The position numbers were made by a program, and so were the translations under genes. Positions 28,000 to 38,092 of a stretch of 64,000 bases of DNA are shown here, piece after piece; positions within the stretch are counted from its first letter, which is position 1; each line of letters begins with the position of its first letter. This DNA is from Candidatus Eiseniibacteriota bacterium. GTDB lineage: Bacteria; Eisenbacteria; RBG-16-71-46. The notes beneath the pieces are model-generated. The model worked only from the letters and a program-made list of their open reading frames with translations. It was not told the origin of the DNA and did not search any database. Location of the stretch: positions 1 through 64,000 of the forward strand of contig JANLWX010000018.1 in assembly GCA_031364845.1 (NCBI GenBank), given 5' to 3'.

Positions 28000-28753
28000 G
28001 CTCCAGGACCTCCCGCGCCAGATCGCGATAGCTGTCGGCGCCCGTACTATTGGGGTCGTAAAGAACGATCGGCTTGCCAAACGAAGGGGCTTCGCTGAGT
28101 CGTACGTTCCGCGGAATGACGCTGCGATAGACCCGTTCAGCAAAGAATTTGCGTGCTTCGGCGGCAACCTGTTGAGATAGATTGAGCCGTGCGTCGAACA
28201 TGGTCAGGAGGACGCCTTCGATGCGAAGACCCGGATTCAGATGATCCTGCACCAGACGAATGGCCCCGATCAGCTGACTCAGGCCTTCCAGGGCAAGGTA
28301 CTCGCACTGAAGTGGAATCAAGACCGAGTCCGACGCCGTGAGGGCATTCACAGTCAGGAGCCCCAGAGATGGCGGGGTGTCGAGGAAGATGTAGTCGTAG
28401 GAATCGCGCACCGTCGCGATGGCGTTCTTGAGCCGCGCTTCACGGCCGAGCATGCTGACGAGCTCGATCTCGGCTCCGGATAGCCGCTGCCCGGCGGGGA
28501 CGAGATCCAGATTTGCCAGGGCCGTGGTCCGCGTGGCCGTCTTCATGTCCGCGGCACCGATCAAGACCTCGTAGACGCTCGACGCCACGTCGTTGCCATT
28601 CACACCGAGGCCGCTGCTGGCGCTGCCCTGGGGATCGACGTCGATGAGCAGCACGCGCTGGCTCTCCTGCGCAAGGCAGGCCGCCAGATTGATCGCTGTC
28701 GTGGTTTTTCCGACGCCGCCCTTCTGACTGGCGACTGAAATTACTCTACCCAT
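27977..28753 (-). CDS. parA: chromosome partitioning ATPase ParA/Soj
   Basis: [43 protein letters not shown]. Confidence 0.97.
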   Translation of the reverse strand: MGRVISVASQKGGVGKTTTAINLAACLAQESQRVLLIDVDPQGSASSGLGVNGNDVASSVYEVLIGAADMKTATRTTALANLDLVPAGQRLSGAEIELVSMLGREARLKNAIATVRDSYDYIFLDTPPSLGLLTVNALTASDSVLIPLQCEYLALEGLSQLIGAIRLVQDHLNPGLRIEGVLLTMFDARLNLSQQVAAEARKFFAERVYRSVIPRNVRLSEAPSFGKPIVLYDPNSTGADSYRDLAREVLEHAQESIR

Positions 28754-28846
28754 TCCTTGAGCCTGACCTCGGGAGAGGACTTCCCTATTCGTCGGGGCGA
28801 CGAGGGACGAACACTACCAACTCGTCGTCTGAATGCACAACAACAA

Positions 28847-28862
28847 TGTTTCACGGGAAACA
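28847..28862. promoter_or_regulatory. parS site between rsmG and parA
   Basis: TGTTTCACGGGAAACA (15/16), within the longer near-palindrome ACAATGTTTCACGGGAAACATTGT. Confidence 0.9.
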
Positions 28863-28882
28863 TTGTCGTCGAATGTGTTCAA

Positions 28883-30529
28883 CTAGCTCTTACGTTTGAA
28901 GATCGCAACCGCAGTGTGCTCGTCGCCCACGGTGAGCGTTCGATCAAGATCCCACGCAAGGTTCCACGCAGAGTCTTCACCGAGCTCTTCACTGCGGCCG
29001 CTGCCCTTCCACAGAAACGCCGAACCATCCTTCTGGACAAGAGCTTCCGCAAGTTCAAGTGTCGGGGCAAGCTTCATGGTCGCGCGCGAGGTGAAACCTT
29101 CGATATCCCGGGCGCCTTCGCGCTCTTCCACGAACGCTTCGAGTCGCCCGTGATAGACCTCGAGATGTGGCATTTCAAGCTCTTGAATCGCCTTCCGCAT
29201 GAACAGTGTCTTCGGTCGGCGGGACTCAACCAGGGTCCAGTGCCCACCAACTCCGAGAATGGCGAGCGGAATCGCCGGAAAACCCGCCCCTGAGCCGAAG
29301 TCCAGCCAGCGCGTCGCTCCCGACGCCTTGAGTTCGTGGGCGCACTCCACCGACTCTCGAATGTGCCGCGTCACGATTCGCGCTTCATCGTTGCGTGAGA
29401 TCAGGTTCGAAACGCTTCGGTTCCACTCGATCGCGAGCTGGGTGAACTTCTTGAGTCGCGCAATCGTGGGCTCGACATCCGCACCGCTCTTCGCGATGTG
29501 AGGGATCAGGTCTTCCCACGGCTGCCGAGCAAGGATGTTGGGGACCGGCCCGATCCGTTCGAGACTGCGCCGAACTCGTGGACCTTGAACCCGGTCACGC
29601 ACATAACCACCTGAGGGACGGCTCACCGCCCGGGCGCCATGAGCGGTCGGCGACTTGCGACGGGGACCGGAAGCCGGCGTCGAGGCACCGCCCGACGCAG
29701 GGCGAACGTCACGGCGCTGGCCGGGCTTGGTCCGACTGGAGAGCCGCGGCGACGGCGTGCCCTGCGCACGAGGCCCCCGATCAGTCGCGGGCCTCGCGTC
29801 ACGCCCCCACGATCGAGCCCGGCGCTGGCCGCCCTCGCGACGCGTTTCACCAGGGCCGGGCTTTGAATCATCCGTCCGCCACGGTCCACCGAGACGCGGT
29901 TGACCGGCGCGATGGGAAGCGGGACGAGCGTTGGAAGTGCCTTCGCTGCTTGGCTTTCGGTCGGAACGCCACAGTGGTTTCCGGCGCGCATCGGGTTCTC
30001 TTCGAGCACCGCGCCGGGGGTCACGCGACAGTTCGGCACCCGATCCCGGCGTCTCGCTCCCGCCACGCTGGGCCGGTTCTGCCGGACGACGGGGACCCGA
30101 AGATTCCGGACCGCTTGCGCGTCCGGATTCGGAGCGTCCCGGGCGGCCTCGATCGCCTCCTGCTCCACGTCCCGCGAAACCGCCCCGCGAACCTTCGCGC
30201 GAAGCTCCTTCGCGAACGGGGCGCCCTTCGCGGCCAGATCCGCCTTCGCGGCGGGGTCCGCCTTCGCGAGCGGGTCGGCCTTCGCCGCCGGGCCTGCCTT
30301 CGCGAGCCGGTCGCCCTTCGCGTACACGTCCGCCTTCGCCATCCGCTCGACCTTCACGGGCGGGGCGGCCTTCGCCAACCGGCCGAGCGGTGGGTCGACT
30401 GAAGGTGTCTCTCGAGCGCGCAGGACGATCGGAAGTGGTGCCGGTTCCAGCATCGCGCCGAGGTCCTCGCGAATCGGAGCGCGGTCGCTGCGGGCGTGAC
30501 GTCGGGCGACGGTTCTCGGGTGGGGTCAT
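28883..30529 (-). CDS. rsmG: 16S rRNA m7G527 methyltransferase with long Arg/Gly/Pro-rich N-terminal extension
   Basis: WNRSVSNLIS, RHIRES, LDFGSGAGFPAIPLAI, LVES..K, TSRA, KG; position between mnmG and parA. The start of the extension is less certain. Confidence 0.88.
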   Translation of the reverse strand: MTPPENRRPTSRPQRPRSDSRGPRRDAGTGTTSDRPARSRDTFSRPTARPVGEGRPAREGRADGEGGRVREGRPAREGRPGGEGRPAREGGPRREGGSGREGRPVREGASREGSRGGFAGRGAGGDRGRPGRSESGRASGPESSGPRRPAEPAQRGGSETPGSGAELSRDPRRGARREPDARRKPLWRSDRKPSSEGTSNARPASHRAGQPRLGGPWRTDDSKPGPGETRREGGQRRARSWGRDARPATDRGPRAQGTPSPRLSSRTKPGQRRDVRPASGGASTPASGPRRKSPTAHGARAVSRPSGGYVRDRVQGPRVRRSLERIGPVPNILARQPWEDLIPHIAKSGADVEPTIARLKKFTQLAIEWNRSVSNLISRNDEARIVTRHIRESVECAHELKASGATRWLDFGSGAGFPAIPLAILGVGGHWTLVESRRPKTLFMRKAIQELEMPHLEVYHGRLEAFVEEREGARDIEGFTSRATMKLAPTLELAEALVQKDGSAFLWKGSGRSEELGEDSAWNLAWDLDRTLTVGDEHTAVAIFKRKS

Positions 30530-30610
30530 GGCCGCACACTAGCACGGGAGCGCCATCGATGGGCATCGTGCAATTGGAGTCTGTCGACGTATTCGTAACT
30601 GCTTAGGTTG

Positions 30611-30719
30611 TGTGGCGAAGATTGTTGCGGGGTCGAAATTCCCCGTGGCCCACGTTGTTCTGCAATCTCTTACGCGACCCCTGATGCCACAAATCGGGCC
30701 TGCAACAATCTTCGCCGCA
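30611..30719. repeat. long imperfect inverted repeat between mnmG and rsmG
   Basis: Arms 30611-30636 and 30694-30719 match at 22/26, with a perfect 15-bp core GGCGAAGATTGTTGC / GCAACAATCTTCGCC. Confidence 0.8.
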
Positions 30720-30724
30720 GGCCG

Positions 30725-32614
30725 TCAGCCTTCGACGGAGGCCGGTGCTTCATTCGCGCGGCCGCGACGCGCATGCACCATGAGCACCGCGACATCCGAC
30801 GGTGACACACCGGCGATGCGACTCGCCTGGCCGACGGTTGCGGGCCGCCAGCGCCGCAGCTTCTCGCGGGCCTCGCGCGAAACACCGACGAGTTCGTCCT
30901 CCCACAGCGATACCGAAAGCAGGACGTGATCCATGGAGGCCGACTTCTCGGCGGTGCGTTGCTGGCGCTCGATGTATCCGCGATAGCGAACACGCACTTC
31001 GATGCAGTCGCTCCAGGCCGGCGGGATCTCACTCGCGACGCCACGCGCCGCGAGCCCGGCGATCGTGCCCTCGGGACGCGCAAGCAGTTCGATCGCGCGC
31101 ATCGGACGTTCACCTTCGGGAACAACGACGCTGATGCGGGCGAGCCGCCGTTCCTCGGCCACGATCGCGGCGTACTTCGCGCGGACGCGCTCGATCTGCC
31201 CGGCGCTCACGAGCCCGATCGCGTGGCCGATCTCGCACAACCGCTCGTCGGCGTTGTCGGCGCGCAGCAGCAGCCGATGCTCCGCGGCGGACGTGAACAT
31301 GCGATAGGGCTCGCGGTGTTCGCGGGTCACCAGGTCATCGACCAGCACTCCGACATAGGCCTGATCGCGCCGCAGCACGAATTGGGGATCGCCGCGCACC
31401 TGGAGTGCCGCGTTGATCCCGGCGATCAGGCCCTGGGCCGCGGCCTCCTCATAGCCTGAAGTTCCGCAGATCTGCCCGGCGAGGAACAGGCCGGGCACCT
31501 GCTTCACCTCGAACGTCGCCTGCAGCTGATGCGGAAGCACGAAGTCGTACTCGACCGCATAGCCAGGCCGGATCAACTCGGCGCGCTCGAGTCCGGGGAT
31601 CGTGCGCACGAATTCGCGCTGCACGTCCGCGGGCAGGCTCGTCGAGAGGCCGTTGACGTAGATTTCGGGAACATCACGCCCCTCGGGCTCGACAAACACC
31701 TGATGCGTGGTGCGCTCGGGAAACTTCACCACCTTGTCCTCGATCGAAGGGCAATAGCGGGGCCCCGCGCCCTTGATCTCGCCCGAGTAGAGCGGTGAAT
31801 GGTGAATGTTCCTGCGAATCACTTCATGAGTCCGCTCGCTGGTGCGGGTCAGCCAGCACAGCACCTGGTCGAGTTCGAGCCGTTCGGTCCAGTGCGAAAA
31901 CGGCTGCGGCGGATCGTCGCCCCGCTGCGGCGCCATCGCGGCCGTGTCGATCGAATCGCGATGGATCCGCGGTGGAGTTCCGGTCTTAAGACGTCCGCGC
32001 TCGAGCCCGAGCTCCGACAGGCACTCGCTCAGCGCCAGCGCGGCGTGCTCACCGATCCGGCCGCCCGCAATCTTCTCGGAGCCGATGTGAATGAGACCGT
32101 CCAGAAACGTCCCCGGCGTGATGACCGCAGCCCGGCACGCGAGGAACCGCCCGTCCGCCAACTCGATGCCGGCCACACGGCCACGTTCGAGGCGCACGTG
32201 ATTCGCGACCCCGGCGATCCGCTCCAATCCCGGCACTCCCGCAAGCAGTGCGAGCATTTCGCGGGAGTAGAGCGGCTTGTCGCACTGCGCGCGCGGGGAC
32301 CACACCGCGGGACCGCGGCCGCGGTTGAGCATCTTGAACTGGATCGCCGCGCGGTCGGTGACGATGCCCATGATCCCGCCCAGCGCATCGATCTCGCGCA
32401 CCATGTGTCCTTTGGCGATTCCCCCGATGGCCGGATTGCACGACATCTTCGCCGTGTCGTCGAGGTTCACGGTGAGGAGCGCGGTATGAAGCCCAAGCCG
32501 CGCGCACGCGACCGCCGCTTCGCAACCCGCATGCCCCGCGCCGACCACGACCACATCGAAGCGGCCTTCGGACGCGGCGTCCGGACGGGCGGCGGTTTCG
32601 ATCGGGATCGTCAT
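30725..32614 (-). CDS. mnmG: tRNA uridine-5-carboxymethylaminomethyl modification enzyme
   Basis: GAGHAGCEAA, MSCNPAIGG, LKTGTPPR, GPRYCPSIEDK, GYEEAAAQG. Confidence 0.97.
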   Translation of the reverse strand: MTIPIETAARPDAASEGRFDVVVVGAGHAGCEAAVACARLGLHTALLTVNLDDTAKMSCNPAIGGIAKGHMVREIDALGGIMGIVTDRAAIQFKMLNRGRGPAVWSPRAQCDKPLYSREMLALLAGVPGLERIAGVANHVRLERGRVAGIELADGRFLACRAAVITPGTFLDGLIHIGSEKIAGGRIGEHAALALSECLSELGLERGRLKTGTPPRIHRDSIDTAAMAPQRGDDPPQPFSHWTERLELDQVLCWLTRTSERTHEVIRRNIHHSPLYSGEIKGAGPRYCPSIEDKVVKFPERTTHQVFVEPEGRDVPEIYVNGLSTSLPADVQREFVRTIPGLERAELIRPGYAVEYDFVLPHQLQATFEVKQVPGLFLAGQICGTSGYEEAAAQGLIAGINAALQVRGDPQFVLRRDQAYVGVLVDDLVTREHREPYRMFTSAAEHRLLLRADNADERLCEIGHAIGLVSAGQIERVRAKYAAIVAEERRLARISVVVPEGERPMRAIELLARPEGTIAGLAARGVASEIPPAWSDCIEVRVRYRGYIERQQRTAEKSASMDHVLLSVSLWEDELVGVSREAREKLRRWRPATVGQASRIAGVSPSDVAVLMVHARRGRANEAPASVEG

Positions 32615-32615
32615 C

Positions 32616-34007
32616 TCACTTCCCGATGCAGAAGCGGCCGAAGATCCGGTCGAGTACGTCGGCATCCACCGCGCGCCCGGTGACTTCGCCGATCGCCGCG
32701 AGCGACTCGCGCAACTCCAGCGCGACGATCTCGCCCGGCGATCCGGCCGCGGCCGCGGCGGTCGCGCGCGCGAGGCCCTCGGCCCCGCGCCGCAAGGCAT
32801 CTGCATGGCGCGGATTCGCGAGCGCGATGGAGCGCTGTGCACCTGCGCCGTCCGCCGGCGCGGCTTCGATCAACTGCGCCAGCGCCGCGCGCAATTCGGC
32901 GAGCCCATCGCCACGCACAGCCGAGACCGAGACCGCGGCCGACCAGCGCGCATCGACCAACAAGGGTTCGAGATCGCGCGGTGCGAGCACGCACCCGAGG
33001 TCCGACTTGTTGAGCGCGACCAGCACGCGCTTGCCCGCGAACGCGCGCGCGATCTCGTGGTCATCGGCATCGATCGGTGCGGTTCCATCGATCACCCACA
33101 GCAAAGCACGGCTCTCCTCGAGGGTGTCCCACGCGCGGGCGACACCGATCGATTCGACGCGATCCGCCGACTCGCGCAGGCCGGCCGTATCCGAAAGCGT
33201 GACCCGCGCCCCGCACAGCTCGATCGACTCGGTCACTCGATCCCGGGTGGTGCCCGGCAGTTCTGTCACGATCGCGCGTTCCTCGCCGATCAGCGCGTTG
33301 AACAGCGACGACTTCCCGACGTTGGGGCGGCCCACCAGCGGCACACGAACGCCGTCGCGGATTGCACGCCCCCACGCGGCACTCGCCAGCATCGCATTCA
33401 GCTCGCCGCGCACCGACTCGATCAGATCGACCACGTGCGGGGGCACCTCGACGCCGCCGACGTCCTCGGCGAAGTCGACGCGCGCTTCGACCTCGGCGAG
33501 CGCGTCGGTCATGCGGTCACCGAGCGCATCCAGCCGCCGCGACAGCGCACCCGCGAGTTGCGCGAGTGCCAGCTCATGCGCGGCCTCGGTCTCCGCGTGG
33601 ATCACGTCCGCCACCGCTTCGGCTTGCGCGAGGTCGATGCGTCCGTTCAAGAACGCGCGCTGAGTGAACTCGCCGGGGCCGGCGAGCCGCGCCCCGGAGG
33701 TCACGAGTGCGGCCAGCAGACGTTCGGCCGACAGCCGCCCGCCGTGACACGAGAGCTCGACGACATCCTCTCCGGTGTAGGAACGCGGAGCGCGGAACAC
33801 CGCCGCCACGACCTCATCCAGGCATCGGGCGTCGGTCGTGGCATGCGCCCAGCCGTGGTGCACCGTATGGGAGGCCGCCTCCGAAAGCGGCGGCCGCCCG
33901 CGGAATACGTGCCCGGCGACCGATAGCGCCTCGGGTCCGCTCACGCGCAGCACCGCGAGCCCGGCCCGGCCGGAGGCCGTGGCGATCGCAGCGATGGTGT
34001 CGGTCAA
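32616..34007 (-). CDS. mnmE: tRNA modification GTPase
   Basis: DTIAAIAT, GEFTQRAFLNGRIDL, GRPNVGKSSL, GTTRD, DTAG, NKSD, FCIGK. Confidence 0.97.
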   Translation of the reverse strand: MTDTIAAIATASGRAGLAVLRVSGPEALSVAGHVFRGRPPLSEAASHTVHHGWAHATTDARCLDEVVAAVFRAPRSYTGEDVVELSCHGGRLSAERLLAALVTSGARLAGPGEFTQRAFLNGRIDLAQAEAVADVIHAETEAAHELALAQLAGALSRRLDALGDRMTDALAEVEARVDFAEDVGGVEVPPHVVDLIESVRGELNAMLASAAWGRAIRDGVRVPLVGRPNVGKSSLFNALIGEERAIVTELPGTTRDRVTESIELCGARVTLSDTAGLRESADRVESIGVARAWDTLEESRALLWVIDGTAPIDADDHEIARAFAGKRVLVALNKSDLGCVLAPRDLEPLLVDARWSAAVSVSAVRGDGLAELRAALAQLIEAAPADGAGAQRSIALANPRHADALRRGAEGLARATAAAAAGSPGEIVALELRESLAAIGEVTGRAVDADVLDRIFGRFCIGK

Positions 34008-34093
34008 TCACGCCTCCTCGATCGCAGCGCGCGCAGGACGCGCCGAACGGCACGCGTCACATCACCGCGGTCCACGGCTCGAACCGCGGCCAC

Positions 34094-34137
34094 AAAACGC
34101 CGCGGCGCCGGAGCCCGCTTCGAGCTCCGGCGCCGCG
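34094..34137 (-). terminator. intrinsic terminator after jag
   Basis: 14-bp stem CGCGGCGCCGGAGC / GCTCCGGCGCCGCG followed on the minus strand by GCGTTTTG. Confidence 0.65.
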
Positions 34138-34153
34138 CGGATCCAGAACCCGT

Positions 34154-35683
34154 TTACTCTTCGTCGTCTCTCGGTCCGCCGGCGAAATCGGCCGGCGCGA
34201 CGGCGACCCGTTTGATGAGCCCGGTGCCCAGGGCATAGGTCTTCACGCGCAGATCTTCTTTGAGCGTCACATGAACGATCCGGCGTTCCTGAGAGTTGAG
34301 GTACTCGGTCACGACTTCATTTCCCGAGGTGAGCGCCTCCTCAGCCAGCGTTCGCGCGAGTTGATCCAGCTCCAGCTCCCGCTTCGCCCAGAAGTCGTTG
34401 ATCTCGAGCTGCAGATGATAGCGGCCAGTCTGCCCGCGGTTGAGCATCAGGTTGAGCAGGTGCTGAAGCGCCTGACGAACCTCGCCCTTGGGGCCAGTGA
34501 GCAGGTCGTCCTGGGCCGCGACCGTCAACGAGACATCGGCGCGTTCGGTATCCGCGGTCGCCGTCACGGTCGCTTCGAAGCCCATCGCCTTCATCACTTC
34601 CTCCGTGATGCGGCGGGCCTCCTGGGCGAGTTGATCGGGCTGCATGCCCGAAGCTCCGGATGTCTCGGGACGCTCGGTGGCAGTTGCCATGGCCGTTCCC
34701 CCTCTCGACTCCTCATCGGACGCCAGCATCGCCCCGCTCATTGCGGGAACCGGAGGCATCGCCTCGCGCGGCACCGACGGCCCGCGCTCGTCACGATCAC
34801 GGCCACTGCGGCCGCGACCTCCCCGGCGCCGGCGGCGACGGCCTTCGCCGTCATCGAAGCGCGCCGGCTCTCCACTCTCGATTGGAGCACGCGGCTCGGC
34901 CGCGCGCGGATCGCGAGCGGGCTGTGATGCCGCGGCTTCGTCGACGCGCGTGTCGCGGCCACCGCGATCGCGGTCGCGGCCACGGTCGGGACGCGGGCTG
35001 CGATCGCCGAACATCGGAGCATCCTCACGGGATGGCCGGTCGTCCAACGCCGGACGCGAATCCCGCCGTCCGCGATCTTCGGACGCCGGGCGTTCTTCGC
35101 GCGGAGCCCGATCACCGAACGCCGGACGCGCCTCGCGCGGAGCCCTATCTCCGGCCGGGCGCGCTTCACGCGGCCCGCGGTCCTCGCGCGGTCCACGATC
35201 TTCACGCGGTGCGCGGTCCGGCCGCGGAGCACGATCGCTCCGGGGCCCACGATCCTCGCGCGGAGGACGCGCTTCACGCGGTCCACGATCGTCACGGGGT
35301 CCGCGCGCCTCGGGTAAGCCACCGCCGCCTTCGCGTCCGCCGGCCGTAACCGGCTGGCCACCGCGAGCCGGACGCCCGCCGCGATCTCCGCGGGGACGGT
35401 CTTCGCGACCTCCGCGGCCGCCACGAGCGCCGCGGTCACGTCCGCCGCGTCCACCACTGCTGCGGCGGCCGCGATCGTCTTCCGCCATCGGTTCCGCCGG
35501 CGGACCGCCCGGACGCGGGATGATACGAACCTTGTAGGGACGGGCTCCGATACCCAGGAAACCACCGGACCCTTCCTCGATCACCGCGATCGATACTTCC
35601 GCGCGGGACAGACCGAGCGCCTCGAGACCTTTGCGCACCGCGTCATCGAGGGTCTTGCCGTCGAATATGACCCCTGTAGCCAT
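34154..35683 (-). CDS. jag: Jag/EloR/KhpB RNA-binding protein with long charged low-complexity linker
   Basis: Jag_N (GKTLDDAV...GGFLGIG), KH (LLTGPKG), R3H (ERRIVH); located between yidC and mnmE. Confidence 0.93.
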   Translation of the reverse strand: MATGVIFDGKTLDDAVRKGLEALGLSRAEVSIAVIEEGSGGFLGIGARPYKVRIIPRPGGPPAEPMAEDDRGRRSSGGRGGRDRGARGGRGGREDRPRGDRGGRPARGGQPVTAGGREGGGGLPEARGPRDDRGPREARPPREDRGPRSDRAPRPDRAPREDRGPREDRGPREARPAGDRAPREARPAFGDRAPREERPASEDRGRRDSRPALDDRPSREDAPMFGDRSPRPDRGRDRDRGGRDTRVDEAAASQPARDPRAAEPRAPIESGEPARFDDGEGRRRRRRGGRGRSGRDRDERGPSVPREAMPPVPAMSGAMLASDEESRGGTAMATATERPETSGASGMQPDQLAQEARRITEEVMKAMGFEATVTATADTERADVSLTVAAQDDLLTGPKGEVRQALQHLLNLMLNRGQTGRYHLQLEINDFWAKRELELDQLARTLAEEALTSGNEVVTEYLNSQERRIVHVTLKEDLRVKTYALGTGLIKRVAVAPADFAGGPRDDEE

Positions 35684-35953
35684 TCCAGAACCTCCCAGAA
35701 CCTCTCAACCACTTGCGACCGGAGCGAGCAACCTGAATGTGCTCCGTATGTCGCGTCGGAAACGAGCGAGCCCTGGCACCTCGAGGCCCGCCGGACCACT
35801 CGGGCGTGAGCTTGTGTCGATCCGGCTTGCGGGCCCACCGCGGGGCTCGAAGCCCGGCGCGGGTCGCCATCTCGCTAGAGTACCTGCTCCATGACCCTTT
35901 GGCCACGGCGCAGCGCAGCAATCATCCCGGGATTCCCGAGCCGGCACTGCCGA

Positions 35954-37816
35954 TCAGGAGCGTCCCTTCCTGCGGCCGGGACCGGCGGTGGCTGCCACCG
36001 GAGTTCCCAGCACCTGCACGCCGTCGTCCCCGCGCATCACATGCCACTGCTGGAGCGCCGTGAGCAGATTCATCACCGTCCAGTACAACACCAGCCCGGA
36101 TGGCAATTTGTAGAAGAACACCAGCATCACGACGTTCATGATGTACATCGTCGGCTTCTGGTCGGGCGCGGTCGGCGTCACCATCTGCTGGAGCAGCCCG
36201 CTGCCGAGCATCAGGATCGGAAGCACGTGGATCGGGAACGACGCCACGGTGAACAGGACGTCGGGAGCCGAGAGGTCGTTGATCCACGCCACGAACGGCG
36301 CCTGCCGCAACTCGATCGCGTTGAACAGCACGTTGTAGAGCGCGATGAACATCGGCATCTGAATCACCATCGGAAGACATCCGCCCGCCGGGTTCACCTT
36401 GTGCTCTTTATACAGCGCCATCATCCCCGCGTTCATCGCCTGCGGATCGTTCTTGTACTTCTCCTTCAGCCGGTTCATCTCCGGCTGAAGCCGTTGCATG
36501 TTGCGCATGCTCTTCATGCTCGTGATGTTGAGCGGATGGAGCACCACGCGGACGAGGGTCGCGAGCAGCAGGATCGCGAGACCGTAGTTCAACACCATCC
36601 CGTAGATCTTATTCAACAGCCACAGCAGTCCCTTGCTGAAGGGCAGCAGCCAGTTCCAGCCGAGGTCGACCGCGCGATCGAGCCCCAGGCCGAGCTGGGA
36701 CAGGCTGAAGTACTCGCACGGCCCGACATAGACGACGAACTTGTTGAGCGGTTGCGAATCGCCCGGCAGGCCGAGCACCAGCGAATTGATGGCGACTTCG
36801 TACTGGCGTCCGGTTCCCGCCGGAAGTGCGGCGAGTTCCTGGGTGGAGAAGTCCCGGCGCTCCGCGGACGAGATGACGCTGCGCGAGGTCCCGCGCTGGA
36901 CGGCGACGCTGTTCAAGAAGTACCGATTCTGGACACCCGCCCACAGCGCGTTGCCCTCGAAACGCTTCGGCTCCTTGAGCAGTTTGGCCGCGTGCTCGCG
37001 GCGGATGTTGGTGCCGACCATGCTGGTCGCGCGCAGCGCGCGGGCATCGCTCGCGATGTCCCGCTCGGTGGTCAGCGGCCACGACCGCGTCGCGATCGAG
37101 TAGTCCGACACACGCCAACCCGCCGGCACGCCGCTCAGCTCGATGTCGTAGTCGAGCGCATAGGATCCGTCGCGCACGCGCCACGTCTGCCTCACGAACA
37201 GCCCCGAAGCTCCGCGGTGCGTGAACGTGATGGCGCGCACGGCACCCGAAGCGTCGGTACTGTCCTGGACCTCGTAGACGAGATTGCCGAGCGACTGGAG
37301 CGCGGAACCCGAACCCAGGTCCATCGCCACCAGCGGCCCGCCGGCCAGCGTCACACGGTCGCCGGGCGGAATCTCCTCGTTGCGACCGTAGATCGTGCGC
37401 TTCCCGTTGCGGGTCGTTAGGCCGTGCTCCGAGGCGTAGCGCTTGAGCTCGACCGAGACCAGCCGCGCCCCGCGATTGCTGAAATGTGCCCGGTAGAGCG
37501 GGGTTTCGACTTCGATCGCGCGTTCGAGACCAGCGCCTTCGATCCCCGCGGGCGTCGCGGCGAGTTCGGCGCCGGTTCCCGTGGAGTCCTGCCGGCCGGC
37601 GACCGGCAGGCCAGAAGCGGGCGGGGAGTCGACGACCGAAGCCACAGGCGGGGCCGCCGTGGCCTCATGCCGGGTCGTGTCGGTGACCGCGGGACGCCGG
37701 GGCGGATCCAGGTAAGGGGCAAATCCCAGCATGCGCATGACCGGCTGGTAGCCGAGAATAAATGCGATACACAGGGCGATGGCGATGATCGCTTTGCGGT
37801 CGAGCTGCTTGTCCAT
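35954..37816 (-). CDS. yidC: membrane protein insertase
   Basis: FSNRGA, YVGP, NYGLAI, LQPEM, NPAGGCLP, WINDLS.PD, PSGLVLYW. Confidence 0.96.
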   Translation of the reverse strand: MDKQLDRKAIIAIALCIAFILGYQPVMRMLGFAPYLDPPRRPAVTDTTRHEATAAPPVASVVDSPPASGLPVAGRQDSTGTGAELAATPAGIEGAGLERAIEVETPLYRAHFSNRGARLVSVELKRYASEHGLTTRNGKRTIYGRNEEIPPGDRVTLAGGPLVAMDLGSGSALQSLGNLVYEVQDSTDASGAVRAITFTHRGASGLFVRQTWRVRDGSYALDYDIELSGVPAGWRVSDYSIATRSWPLTTERDIASDARALRATSMVGTNIRREHAAKLLKEPKRFEGNALWAGVQNRYFLNSVAVQRGTSRSVISSAERRDFSTQELAALPAGTGRQYEVAINSLVLGLPGDSQPLNKFVVYVGPCEYFSLSQLGLGLDRAVDLGWNWLLPFSKGLLWLLNKIYGMVLNYGLAILLLATLVRVVLHPLNITSMKSMRNMQRLQPEMNRLKEKYKNDPQAMNAGMMALYKEHKVNPAGGCLPMVIQMPMFIALYNVLFNAIELRQAPFVAWINDLSAPDVLFTVASFPIHVLPILMLGSGLLQQMVTPTAPDQKPTMYIMNVVMLVFFYKLPSGLVLYWTVMNLLTALQQWHVMRGDDGVQVLGTPVAATAGPGRRKGRS

Positions 37817-38025
37817 CAGGGCACCGGGTCGTAGCCGCTCGCACCCAGCGGATGACAGCGGGCGAGTCGGCGAAGGGTGAGAACGAGGCCGCGCGCGGCT
37901 CCGTGGCGATCGATCGCCTCGAGCGCGTACGCGGAACAGGTCGGGTGGTAGCGGCAGGCTCCGCGAGCGAATGGCCCGAGAGCGAATCGATAGCCGCGGA
38001 CGAGGGCGATCGCGATGAACTTCAT
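37816..38025 (-). CDS. yidD: membrane protein insertion efficiency factor
   Basis: CRYHPTCSAYALEA, RCHP...GYDPVP. Confidence 0.95.
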   Translation of the reverse strand: MKFIAIALVRGYRFALGPFARGACRYHPTCSAYALEAIDRHGAARGLVLTLRRLARCHPLGASGYDPVP

Positions 38026-38092
38026 GCTCGGTTCCCGAGCCGGCGCGAAAGGGACTCTGCCGCGGGGATTCGAGACCTCATCGGCAAACAGG

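Noticed and set aside
35685..35704. Tandem 10-bp duplication CCAGAACCTC at the jag RBS
   Set aside because: Only two copies; likely a slippage duplication with no evidence of function.
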